DNA of 64,000 bases, from the NCBI GenBank assembly GCA_964642855.1, contig CAZXSK010000010.1:3711-67710 (forward strand), in the 5' to 3' direction. Position 1 is the stretch's first letter. Each line of letters begins with the position of its first letter. Shown here piece by piece: positions 11,164 to 20,891 of the stretch. This DNA is from an uncultured Planctomycetaceae bacterium (GTDB taxonomy: Bacteria; Planctomycetota; Phycisphaerae; SM23-33). Under the pieces are notes generated by a model. It searched no databases and had not been told where the DNA came from. It saw only the letters and a list, made by a program, of their open reading frames with translations. Made by a program: the position numbers and the translations under genes.

Positions 11164-12810
11164 ATGGATCGCACGATCGGATGGATCGCCGTGTTCTGCC
11201 TGGTCGGCGGAATCATCCCGGCCGGGCGGGCGGACGAAGTCGACGACCTCGTCACGAAGCTCAAGCCCGAGGTCCGGTTCCGGGACCACACGCCGGACTT
11301 CTCCGTCGAGAAGAAGACCTTCACGTTCCACCAGATGCCGACCGAGAACAACCCGTCGGGCAAGACGCAATGGCCGTTCTGGGTGATCAAGGATGGCCGG
11401 AAGCACGTGGCGATTGTCTGCATCAAGGGCTTCCACAGCGGCACGGTGTACCTTCTCACGCATGACCCGACCAAGGCGTCAACGAAGCTCGAGATGCCCA
11501 CCGAGCGGTGGCACATCGACACGGCTATCGGGTCGGAGATCCGCACCGACTGCTTCATCCCGCCCAGCGAAGGCGACAAGGACAAGACTTACGACTGGTC
11601 GAAGGGTGGGGAGACCCTCACGCTGGTCCGCAGGTTCAAGGGCAAGGCGAAGTACTACAAGTGGCCCAACGCCCACCGCAGAAAGATGGACCAGACCATC
11701 GACACGACCAACACGATCGTGCTTCGCTGCGACCCGGTGTTCGGGTACGTGGTCGAAGCCACCTTCGACTCCAAGGCCAAGCCGATCCCCAGACGCATCG
11801 AGTATGTCTCTGCCGCCCCGGCCGGGAGGTACTCACTCTGGCCCGGCACGGAGACCTGCTATCGTACGGCGATCACGCCCGAGGGTGAGAAAGGCTACAG
11901 CGGGTACTACCTGAACCTCGCAGCGATCGACCTGTGCGACAACAACCGCAAGAAGTTCCGCTGCCGGGATGGCGGCTTCGCCTCCTTCCTCAACGACAAG
12001 ACCGGCTGGAGCCCGACGACCACCCTGGACGGGGGCGTCGCGAACCTGGTGGTCTGCAATGCCCACGCCGACGTTGATTTCGACGTACAGTGGCCGAAGG
12101 TCAAACCGGACGGCCAGGGCATGGGGCACCTCGTGGTGAAGCATCGGTTGCTCTTCCTGCCGCCCAAGCTCACCAGGCACGTCTGGGACCGCATGGAGGT
12201 CCGCTTCAAGGACCTCCGGAAGGTTGCGATCCGCCTGGGTGACACCGAAACATTCGAGGATCAGCCGCTGCCCCTGACTACCCGCGTCCGCGGCCTGTCA
12301 TTCGCCGGCCCCGGCCCGAAGATCACCACGGACGACGCCCATTCGGGCAAACGATCCATGGTGGTAGATGGTCGCGTCTGGCCGAACCTTCCGCAGATCG
12401 CCCTCAAGCCGAATACCCGCTATCACATGGAAGCCTGGATCAAGGTCACGCCCTGGTCAGAGACACAGAAGAAACAGCACCTCGAGAAGATCAGGAAGGA
12501 CAATCTCAAGCGGGAGGAGAAGGGCAAGCCGCTTCGCGAGGTCCCGGACATCGACGATCTCAAGGCCCGGGCTTACATCCGCGGCGACTTCTACCAGTGG
12601 ACGCCCCACAGCCCCGACCGCGCGAAGCGTCAGCAGACCTCCGACGCCCTGCCGGGCAAGGGCTGGCAGAAAGTCACGCTCGATTTCACCACCCCCAGAT
12701 GGGGGCCGTTCATCGACGTAGTGTTCGTCTGCGAGAACGGAACAGCCCTGGTCGACGACTTCGTTCTGCGTCCAGAAGAAAGCGAGGCGACCTCCGCCTT
12801 GGCAGAATAG
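11164..12810 (+). CDS. Secreted hypothetical protein with C-terminal CBM4/9-like carbohydrate-binding domain
   Basis: Signal peptide; AHSGKRS..LKPNTRY..AWIK..WQKVTLDFTTP..VDDF pattern. Confidence 0.6.
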   Translation: MDRTIGWIAVFCLVGGIIPAGRADEVDDLVTKLKPEVRFRDHTPDFSVEKKTFTFHQMPTENNPSGKTQWPFWVIKDGRKHVAIVCIKGFHSGTVYLLTHDPTKASTKLEMPTERWHIDTAIGSEIRTDCFIPPSEGDKDKTYDWSKGGETLTLVRRFKGKAKYYKWPNAHRRKMDQTIDTTNTIVLRCDPVFGYVVEATFDSKAKPIPRRIEYVSAAPAGRYSLWPGTETCYRTAITPEGEKGYSGYYLNLAAIDLCDNNRKKFRCRDGGFASFLNDKTGWSPTTTLDGGVANLVVCNAHADVDFDVQWPKVKPDGQGMGHLVVKHRLLFLPPKLTRHVWDRMEVRFKDLRKVAIRLGDTETFEDQPLPLTTRVRGLSFAGPGPKITTDDAHSGKRSMVVDGRVWPNLPQIALKPNTRYHMEAWIKVTPWSETQKKQHLEKIRKDNLKREEKGKPLREVPDIDDLKARAYIRGDFYQWTPHSPDRAKRQQTSDALPGKGWQKVTLDFTTPRWGPFIDVVFVCENGTALVDDFVLRPEESEATSALAE

Positions 12811-12837
12811 CCCGGAATCAGCAGACCCCTGCATACG

Positions 12838-12869
12838 GCGAGAGGCCCGCCGGTAGGCCGACCTCTCGC
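12838..12869. terminator. Hairpin between convergent genes
   Basis: GCGAGAGG...CCTCTCGC inverted repeat between the stops at 12810 and 12913. Confidence 0.35.
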
Positions 12870-12912
12870 TTACTCCTTGTTCGTCTCGCCAGGCGCCCAG
12901 CCATACGGCTGG

Positions 12913-15900
12913 TTACCCCAGGGGGACTTCCAGTGCCAGAAGATCCAGAACGTTGACGAGGTCTTCGCTCGTCGCATCGGGTCGAAAGGCCGCTCCGTCA
13001 GGGGCTCCGATCGCGTGGCGGTTGCCTTGCTGCCGGCCTGCCGGTTGGGCGTGTCGTCCGCTCCCTGAAAGGCCTGGCGCAATCTCCGGACGGTGGGTCA
13101 GGAAGCCCAGGGGTTCCGAGGCGGTCGAAACCTGTTGGTCGCCTGCTGCACCCGCCGCGTCGATCATCTCGACGTGCAGGTCTTCCTCAGCCATCGGTTG
13201 CTCCTGCCAAGCCGTCAGAACCGTCGAGGAAGAGGGGGCCCGGGGAGGGATTGTCTCTGACAGGTAGCTGGCCACCGCAGCGTCGGCATCGATGACCGTC
13301 ACGACGCTGTCGCCGTCGCTGTCGCCGTCTTCCCAGGTAGCGGGGGTTCTGCCGATCCGTGCAACGACCGTTGCCGCCTCCAGGAAGGAGACCGATCCGC
13401 TCCGATCGAGATCACCGGGCTGGTACTGCTGCACGGTGACGGACACTTCATTGGAGTACGGCGAGTAGACGTCTCCGCTCAGGCGGTGCGCTCGGACCCG
13501 GTACGTGTAGGTGGTGCCTGTTGTCAGATCGATGTCCTCAAACGCAAAGACCGTCTTCCCGAGCTGCCCGATCTCCTGGAAGGCCCCTCCCTCCTCCTTG
13601 CGTTCCACCAGGAAGTAGTTCTTCAGGCTGGCGTTGTCGACCCACTCCAAAGACGCGGTGTTCGCGCCGCTCTGAGAGGCCTGCAGTTGCGGGGCGTACA
13701 TCTGGTCGGCCCATCCGCCCCACGTCACCAGGTACGACTCGTCGCTGGAACCCCGCTCCGGCTGGGCTGCGTTGGCGGTCGTAATGACGCGCCCGTCCTC
13801 GCTGTCCAGGGAAATCGCCGCTGCAGTCAACCCGTTCCGCGTGGCGATTCCATACCCGCCCGGCCTCTTGATGCTCCATCCGGAATTGCCCGACTCGGCC
13901 AGCGAAGTCCAGATCGTTCTGAAGGCGAAACTGCTGTGCAATTGCAGCAGGAACCCGTCGCCCGAGTAGCTTCCGGTGGCCTGCCCTTCCACCATCTTCC
14001 CGTTGCGATTCTCGATGGCGTAAGCACTGACCCCCGCAACGTACACATTCCCGTCTTCGTCCGCAGTGATTCCGCGGGAGCGGATCGTATTGCCCGCTCC
14101 CCCGCTCAACCGGGCGATCAGCCAGGTCGCCTTGTCAATGGCGCCGGTGTAGGCGTCGTAGCGACCGATGAAGGTAATGTGATTGCTCGCGGTGTTGTAG
14201 GCAGAGTTGTATGCATCGGACTGGTAGAACACCGAGCCGTCCAGGCGGACGGAGGCGTCCTGGGGATCAAACAGGAAGGTGGAATTCCCGCCTGCCGATT
14301 CGCCGAGATAATACAGGTTTCCGTCCCGTCCGATGGAGATCCGATAGCCCCTGCTATCGGCCACGTTGGGAGCCTGCACGCCGGGCCGAAGCGTCGAACC
14401 GGGCCAATCGTAAAGCTTCCACTCGTAGCTGCTCATGTCACCGGTGTAGTCGAACGCGCGGACGAAGTTCACCTGAGCCGGCTCAGCCGAGGTGAACTTG
14501 TTGTTATACCCGCACACGTAGACCAACTGGCTGGAGGCATGGATCGCTACGTCCTCCAAAGCCGTGTCGCCAAGATGTCGCTCAGCGATCAGCTCGCCGT
14601 CCAGAACGCCGTCGGTGTCGTCATGGTCGTTCTCGAAGACCAGCACGTAGTGGTCGTATCCCGCCGACGGGTTCGAATAGATCGCGGCGACCACGCCGTC
14701 GCCCGCAGCCACCCTCTTGATGCTGTACGAAGCTGCATCCTCTCCGGCGCCGTACGTTGGGTTGCCCGCCGACCAGAGAACGCTGGAAGCGTCGCTTGAG
14801 AGAACCACCAGTCCCGTATTGCGCACGGCCAGCGCGATGTCACCACTGGCCGCCAGTTCCATGTCCCAGATGCCGTCTGGAGCGGCGTAGGACGTCTTGT
14901 CGCCGTCCTGGTAGTAGAAACCCGCCGTGCCGGGCAGCCGGGTGAGAGAAAGCAACTGGGTGCCCGTCTGGTCGTAGCGGACGACTGCACTGTCCCCCCC
15001 GCCGAGCAACTCCGTGGCTACCAGGCCTCCCGGCGCGAAGCCTTCGTCCAGGATGCCCGCCCAGACGATCGTACCGTCATCCTGAATGTCCACCGCCATG
15101 CCTGCGTCCTCTCCGTCGCCACCCACGTAGGTGCTGGTAAGAACGTCGAAGTCGTCGGTCCTGGCATTGGTGGTATTGATGGCGATGTTGGACCACGGCG
15201 ACTGTCCCTCGCCGTTGTACGCACGCACGCGGTAGTAGTAGGTCGAGTCCACCTGCAGGCCGGTGTCATTGTAATACGCGGTGTCCGAAGCCAGCTCGGC
15301 GATCTGCTCCCAGGGCTGCAGCCCGTCGTCCGGATCCAGATAGGCCCGTTCCACGAGAAATCCGTCCTCGTCGGTGGAATTGTCCTGCCAGCGGAGCTCG
15401 ATCCGTTCGACCGGAGCTGCCCCCGCTTTCAGGAACGACGGCGGAAGAGGTCCGGGCGGATAGGAGTCCACGAAACCCGCATTGGCCATGACCATGTTCC
15501 GGTAACTGGACGTCCAGCCCCACTGATCCGCCCCGAAGGCAAATGTCAGGGACGTATAGCCGTCCACGCCGAGGTAGATGTCCTCGATCACGTCACTCGT
15601 AGCTGCGGTGTAGAAGGCAAGCAGCGTCTGATTCGACGTTCCATAGTCGCCGTAGATCTCCACCTCGGGACGGTTTCCACTGTTGAAGGCGGGGTCGCTG
15701 AACAGGTCCATCCGGAAGATGTCTTCTCCCTCGGGAACGTAGTAGGTCAGATCGATCCCGCTGAACGGAGCCAGGCTGAACAGCACGCCCACGCCGTCGG
15801 AGAAGACTGTCCCGTCGGAAGCCTGCAACGCCGAGCCGTCAAACCAGGAATCTTCGTAGGCTCCTGCGGCGGGGTTTACGGTATGCGGTATGTCGATCGC

Positions 15901-18390
15901 GATCGGCCCGAGGTCGGCGAGTGAACGACTGGCGCTTGGAATGGCCTTTGCCACCGCCGAATAGGACGAGTTCAGATCCGTCGGCGGATCCCCGAATGTC
16001 TGATGCGCCCGGACCCGGTAGAAGTACGGCATGCCCGCGGTGGGCACGTCATCGATGAAGAAGATCCGATCGCCGGTGTCGCCCGTAGTGGCACTGGAGT
16101 GTGTGCCAATCTCCGTCCATACGTCGTGATCGAGAGATCTTTCGATCCGGAAGTAGTCCTCGGTGGTCGACATGTCCGTCCAGGAGAGCACGATCTTTGA
16201 GTCATCACCCGACACTGCCGACGCTGTCACGCTCATGGGGGTGGCAGGGCCTGACGGAACAGACGCGGCGAATGACGTGTCCGCCAGCACCAGCCCGAAG
16301 TGAGGATGCGATCCGTCGTAGTGATCCTCGTACACGGCGATGGTGAAAGTTTCGTGGCCCGCAAGATCGACGTACACGTCCTCCAGCACAGCAGCGTCGC
16401 CGGCCCCGTAGGAGAGATTGCCCTCATAGAGCAGTTCGGGGCTCGTCCCGAAGCGGCCATCGGCCCCCCGGACGAAACTCCCGAACACCTTCAGCCTCAG
16501 ATTCCGGGCCGTGGCCTGCGTGAAATCTCCCCGGCTGGGGTCCAGGAAAGCATCGAAGGTCAGTACCTGCTTGCCGCTGTCAACCGAGGGAGCGAAGAAC
16601 GTGCAATAGGAGTCGGGATTGGTATACGCGATGCCTCCGTAGAAGCCCAAGCCACCCGACGCACTCGTGCCGTCCGGCCTCTGGAAGCTCGACCCATCGT
16701 ACCAGGAATCCACGTATACGCCGTTTCGCTGCTCCCCGTCGCTGCCGAACTCCTCGACGATGGGAGTGAGAACTGCCGGCGACGGCAGGCTGGAGGCCGT
16801 CGCAGAGACCACAGGCGTGAACTGACTCCACCCGTCGGGCACTTCGTCGTTGTCAGTGTCCACGTATCCACGGACCCTGTACCAGTAGGTATTGCCCGCC
16901 ACAGCCGACGTGTCCTGCCATGTCTCCCAGTTCACAACTCCCCCGTTGGTACCCGAGACATCGTGCAGTGCCCACGTCTGGCCGCCATCGGCGCTGCGAT
17001 GGATCTCGAAACCATCTTCGCCGGAGACATCGTCGTACCAGAAGAGGCCCGTCCTGTTGCCATCTCCACCGATGGCCGAGGCGACCAACCCCCGGCCGGC
17101 TCCCGCCAGCTCGTTCGGGTTCGACGTCACGAACTCCGCATCGCCAAAGACCACCCCCCCGTGAAGCCCCGGCGAGACGAACGTGTCGGTATCCAGCTGA
17201 ATCGTAAAGGACGTCCGCGTTCCGAAATCCACGTAGATGTCGTCGTGCAACGGGGCATCGTCAGCCCCGAGCGTTACGTTGCTCTCGAAAAGAACCGACC
17301 CCCCGGAGACAATCCTGACGTGCATCCGTTCGCCGCTGATCGCCGGGAAGTCGCCTGCGCCGGCGTCTGCGAACAGGTCGAACCGGAGCACGCGGTTGGC
17401 CTCCGGAAGCTCCGTCAGGTCATACGTGGCTGAAAGCCCGGGGTAGAAGCCGTCGCCGTAATAGAACCCCACGCCCTCGCTGTAGGCCTGGCCGGACTGC
17501 GTCATGAACTGCGAGCCGTCCCACCACTGCCGCGCATGGACCCCGCTGTTGGGGTCGACGTCGCCGGAAGCCACGGTGACTGAGGGGGTCATGTCCGCAA
17601 GAGCGGTGTACGAGTCCAGATCCACGGTGAACTCCGTCCACCGTTCCCACAGCCGTGTGGAGCCCCACGTGTCCGCGTCGTTCAGTATGCCGACCGCGGT
17701 GATATCCGTGAAATCCGCCGTCGCCACATTGAAGGGACCTGTCTGATCGAAGTCCAGCCCCGCCACGTCGGACGTGGGGGCATAGGCCGCCCAACTCATG
17801 TTCATCAGGTCATCGCCGGTCAGCCAGTTGACCCCTGACCCGAACGTGCCCTGCGAGACGTAGAAGTCGCTGCCATCCCGCACGACCCACCTTCCGGTCC
17901 CGCCCGGATAGACGACGTTCAGCCGGAGGTAGGTATCACTGTCGAACGTGATCGGCTGGCCGGGGTCATTCAGGAAGTCTTCCTTCTTCCAGTAGAACAG
18001 GGAGTGATAGGAACGGGCGGTCCCTTCCGACGTCTGGAACCGGATATTCACAAGCCCGTCACCTTCCACCCGGTAGTTGTCGAAGTTCTCCGTGGCAGTC
18101 CCGTCGTGCGCAATCCCCACAACACCACCATAGAAGCGGGAACTCGTTCCCAAGTGGCTGGGCTGACCCTCACGGAAGGCGACCGAGTCACTGAAAAGCC
18201 GGCCTGCAGCTTGATCGTCCGCCAGGCCGTCGCCGTCGAAATCGCCGGCGTACGCGGTATAGGCATCGAGACTGGGCGTGCCCGAATAGTCGCCGCCCCA
18301 ATCCACGAGGACGGTACCGGACAGCAGCAATCGAGGTTCCAGAGATTCGAGAGAGAATACGGATGGACACGGGCTGGCCTTCGGTTCCAT
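12913..18390 (-). CDS. Large surface protein: LEPR-XLL motif, 3x (NPCBM-like + FN3), beta-propeller, FN3, dockerin-like domain
   Basis: LESLEPRLLLS; FN3 motifs (W.D.S..EDGF.IER..Y.YRVRAY); GDLDRSG..DGDSDGD EF-hand-like pair; GGAGG RBS before ATG 18390. Confidence 0.85.
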   Translation of the reverse strand: MEPKASPCPSVFSLESLEPRLLLSGTVLVDWGGDYSGTPSLDAYTAYAGDFDGDGLADDQAAGRLFSDSVAFREGQPSHLGTSSRFYGGVVGIAHDGTATENFDNYRVEGDGLVNIRFQTSEGTARSYHSLFYWKKEDFLNDPGQPITFDSDTYLRLNVVYPGGTGRWVVRDGSDFYVSQGTFGSGVNWLTGDDLMNMSWAAYAPTSDVAGLDFDQTGPFNVATADFTDITAVGILNDADTWGSTRLWERWTEFTVDLDSYTALADMTPSVTVASGDVDPNSGVHARQWWDGSQFMTQSGQAYSEGVGFYYGDGFYPGLSATYDLTELPEANRVLRFDLFADAGAGDFPAISGERMHVRIVSGGSVLFESNVTLGADDAPLHDDIYVDFGTRTSFTIQLDTDTFVSPGLHGGVVFGDAEFVTSNPNELAGAGRGLVASAIGGDGNRTGLFWYDDVSGEDGFEIHRSADGGQTWALHDVSGTNGGVVNWETWQDTSAVAGNTYWYRVRGYVDTDNDEVPDGWSQFTPVVSATASSLPSPAVLTPIVEEFGSDGEQRNGVYVDSWYDGSSFQRPDGTSASGGLGFYGGIAYTNPDSYCTFFAPSVDSGKQVLTFDAFLDPSRGDFTQATARNLRLKVFGSFVRGADGRFGTSPELLYEGNLSYGAGDAAVLEDVYVDLAGHETFTIAVYEDHYDGSHPHFGLVLADTSFAASVPSGPATPMSVTASAVSGDDSKIVLSWTDMSTTEDYFRIERSLDHDVWTEIGTHSSATTGDTGDRIFFIDDVPTAGMPYFYRVRAHQTFGDPPTDLNSSYSAVAKAIPSASRSLADLGPIAIDIPHTVNPAAGAYEDSWFDGSALQASDGTVFSDGVGVLFSLAPFSGIDLTYYVPEGEDIFRMDLFSDPAFNSGNRPEVEIYGDYGTSNQTLLAFYTAATSDVIEDIYLGVDGYTSLTFAFGADQWGWTSSYRNMVMANAGFVDSYPPGPLPPSFLKAGAAPVERIELRWQDNSTDEDGFLVERAYLDPDDGLQPWEQIAELASDTAYYNDTGLQVDSTYYYRVRAYNGEGQSPWSNIAINTTNARTDDFDVLTSTYVGGDGEDAGMAVDIQDDGTIVWAGILDEGFAPGGLVATELLGGGDSAVVRYDQTGTQLLSLTRLPGTAGFYYQDGDKTSYAAPDGIWDMELAASGDIALAVRNTGLVVLSSDASSVLWSAGNPTYGAGEDAASYSIKRVAAGDGVVAAIYSNPSAGYDHYVLVFENDHDDTDGVLDGELIAERHLGDTALEDVAIHASSQLVYVCGYNNKFTSAEPAQVNFVRAFDYTGDMSSYEWKLYDWPGSTLRPGVQAPNVADSRGYRISIGRDGNLYYLGESAGGNSTFLFDPQDASVRLDGSVFYQSDAYNSAYNTASNHITFIGRYDAYTGAIDKATWLIARLSGGAGNTIRSRGITADEDGNVYVAGVSAYAIENRNGKMVEGQATGSYSGDGFLLQLHSSFAFRTIWTSLAESGNSGWSIKRPGGYGIATRNGLTAAAISLDSEDGRVITTANAAQPERGSSDESYLVTWGGWADQMYAPQLQASQSGANTASLEWVDNASLKNYFLVERKEEGGAFQEIGQLGKTVFAFEDIDLTTGTTYTYRVRAHRLSGDVYSPYSNEVSVTVQQYQPGDLDRSGSVSFLEAATVVARIGRTPATWEDGDSDGDSVVTVIDADAAVASYLSETIPPRAPSSSTVLTAWQEQPMAEEDLHVEMIDAAGAAGDQQVSTASEPLGFLTHRPEIAPGLSGSGRHAQPAGRQQGNRHAIGAPDGAAFRPDATSEDLVNVLDLLALEVPLG

Positions 18391-18661
18391 TTTCGCCTCC
18401 GGGTAGAAAAGCCGTCCGCCCTCGGGACCTCGATCTCGACGAGCAGTCGGCAACTCCGCTGAAATGATGCATGCATTATCCAGCGGAAGGCTGGAGGCGT
18501 CAATACGAAGCAACTCCGGAGATGGGGAAAAGGAGGTGTCCCGCCACGGAAGACAGAGCGAGGAAGGGAGTAGAGAGTATAGCGAAGCAGCGAGCGCCCC
18601 TCCGTGGGACGCCCGCTGCCTCAGGCTTTACGCGTGCCTGATAGGGGGGTGGTCTGGTTAC

Positions 18662-19402
18662 CTATTGTGCCGCTGCCCGCCGTCGACGCCGGAGGACGAA
18701 TCCCAGCCCGCCCAAGGCCATCACCGCGCAGGTGCCGGGTTCGGGAACACTGGGCGAGGTGACCACGGAGAAGTTGTCCACCGACAGCGTGGCTCCGCGC
18801 CGGCTGGAGAAGCCCAGCTTCCGTGAGGAACGGAAGGAGTCCATCCCGCCCGTGAAGACCAGGCCGATATCGTCGGCATCGGCGAGCACCTGTTCGAATG
18901 TTCTGCTGTGAGCGGCCTGGTTCGGCCACTCGATGAAGTTCGAGGACGTCAAGGCGATGGTATGGTTGGTCCATCCCGTATCGTGATTGGGGTTCCAACT
19001 GACCAGGTCGGAGGAGACGAAGTAGTCGTTCCTGCCGCCGTCGTTGGCGCCCACGTAGAATCGCACGGTCGGGCTTCCGCCCCGGGACTCCACGGAACCT
19101 TCGAGCAGGAAGTCCAGGCTGAGCGTGCCTCCGGTCAGGTCGCCGTAGGCATCGGCCGTCGCAGGCTGCATGCCGTACAGCCTCCATCCTCCGCGGCGAA
19201 CGTCAGCGGAAGCGTACCCACCGGCACGACTGGACTCATTCCACTCCGGGGCCTGCTGTCGGACCCGGCCGCCGTTGTTGATCTCCCACGCCTGCCAGTC
19301 TTGCGTTCCCTGGTCGAAGGTCTCCACGAAATCGCCGTAGACGGACGAGACAGCCGCAAGTACACAGAGTGATACCACAGAAACACGCACGAATCGACTC
19401 AT
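18662..19402 (-). CDS. PEP-CTERM sorting domain protein
   Basis: Signal peptide and C-terminal VPEPGTCAVMALGGLGFVLRRRRR. Confidence 0.9.
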   Translation of the reverse strand: MSRFVRVSVVSLCVLAAVSSVYGDFVETFDQGTQDWQAWEINNGGRVRQQAPEWNESSRAGGYASADVRRGGWRLYGMQPATADAYGDLTGGTLSLDFLLEGSVESRGGSPTVRFYVGANDGGRNDYFVSSDLVSWNPNHDTGWTNHTIALTSSNFIEWPNQAAHSRTFEQVLADADDIGLVFTGGMDSFRSSRKLGFSSRRGATLSVDNFSVVTSPSVPEPGTCAVMALGGLGFVLRRRRRAAAQ

Positions 19403-19573
19403 CGCCAAGCTCCCTGGCCTGCTGGCATCAACTGCACGCCCCGCGCTACACACGCGACCCGCCTGCAGATCTGCAGCAGCCACAGCCCTTTTCGAGTGCT
19501 ACAGGGGGAAGGTACGATTTGCCGGGGAGGAAGCCAAAACGGCTTGGGGTTTTCTGCCTGCAGAGCGGAGCGC

Positions 19574-19613
19574 AAAAAGAAGGCGGATCGCCTCACGAAA
19601 AGGCGTCCGCCTT
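19574..19613 (-). terminator. Intrinsic terminator after the cold-shock gene
   Basis: AAGGCGGA..GCCT/AGGC..TCCGCCTT stem followed by a TTTTT run on the minus strand. Confidence 0.7.
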
Positions 19614-19635
19614 GCTTTCATCGTAACATGCTTTT

Positions 19636-19839
19636 TTAGAGAGGCTTGCGCACGTTTGCCGCCTTGAGACCCTTCGGGCCCTGGGTTACGTCAAACTCGA
19701 CTGCCTCACCCTCGGAGAGGGATCGGAACCCCTGTCCGTCGATGTCACTGTAGTGGACGAAGACGTCAGTGCCGTCGTCACACTCGATGAAGCCAAACCC
19801 CTTGGAGTCATTGAACCACTTGACTTTTCCGCTTGCCAT
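19636..19839 (-). CDS. cspA: Cold-shock protein
   Basis: [30 protein letters not shown]. Confidence 0.97.
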   Translation of the reverse strand: MASGKVKWFNDSKGFGFIECDDGTDVFVHYSDIDGQGFRSLSEGEAVEFDVTQGPKGLKAANVRKPL

Positions 19840-20238
19840 AATCGGAAGCTCCTACATGCAAATTGGCGCCTCGAATTTGCTGGAGACAAGCAGGCACGAC
19901 TTGGGATCAGCATTGAAGGGAGGGCCCGAAATGGGATGTAACTCTCTCAAAGACTTGATACCGCCTGACAGATCCTGCAAATCTGCCCGGTCGCCAGCCG
20001 GGCAAGGTACCGGCGGGACGCGAAACCCTTCCACGAACAACCCGCCAGCAATTCATCAATTTCAATTATCCGGTTCCCCGTCGACAAGTCAAGCGATCTG
20101 CCCGGAAAAACCAGTTTAAGATTTCGCAGAGCTTGCGCATCTCCGGCCCGGCTATGCGGACTTCTCAACCGGCGGGCCTGAGCCTGCAGTCAACCCACTG
20201 GGGTCTGCGCCCGGTCAGCCGCTTGCGCCCGGCCCGCC

Positions 20239-20775
20239 TCAGTCGTTCGCGTGCTCGCGATAGTAGTCTGCCCGGTTCGTGCCGCACTTGGGGCAGTTGG
20301 TCTTCTTCGACTCGCTCTCGAACCGTTCGTATTCCCGCTCTGTCAGAGGCCTTCCCAGCCGCTGCTCTTCCGCCTGCATCCTGGCACGCACCTTTGTATC
20401 ATTCAGCACGTAGTACGTACCACATTCCGGACAGTGAACGGCCGGGTAGCAGCTTTTCTTCGCCTGGCAGTTCGGACAATCCAGCAAGAGGACTTCTTCC
20501 TCGGAGCGGCTCTCACGACGGCGCTGGGCCGTCTGCTCCTGGGTCAGAACCACCTCGTGCTGGCATTCATCGCAGATGAAATGGTTCTTGCCGTCTCCCC
20601 CGAAGTCCGTGCCGGGCGTACGGAAAAAGGCGCCGTAAACAGCAAACCCCAACGCCAGAACAATCAGAAGCGCAAGGCCACCGGCTACAACGTAGTCCAT
20701 GTTCAAACCGCCCCCCGCACCGCCCCCCAGGTGAAGTCGGCGACGCCTGGAGAAAAAGGGTCTATTCCTGTGCAT
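20239..20775 (-). CDS. Membrane-anchored zinc-ribbon protein
   Basis: One TM helix then four CxxC motifs (CDEC, CPNC, CPEC, CPKC); AGGAG RBS; alternative start at 20700. Confidence 0.65.
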   Translation of the reverse strand: MHRNRPFFSRRRRLHLGGGAGGGLNMDYVVAGGLALLIVLALGFAVYGAFFRTPGTDFGGDGKNHFICDECQHEVVLTQEQTAQRRRESRSEEEVLLLDCPNCQAKKSCYPAVHCPECGTYYVLNDTKVRARMQAEEQRLGRPLTEREYERFESESKKTNCPKCGTNRADYYREHAND

Positions 20776-20891
20776 CCTGGAACTCCTGTATCTGGAAGTG
20801 TGTTCTTCAAAATGGACCTGTCACCTGCGTATTTTCGCACAATGCAGGGCCGCTTTGCAAGGCTGTTTCGTCCCACCCGGGCTGGCCTGGG

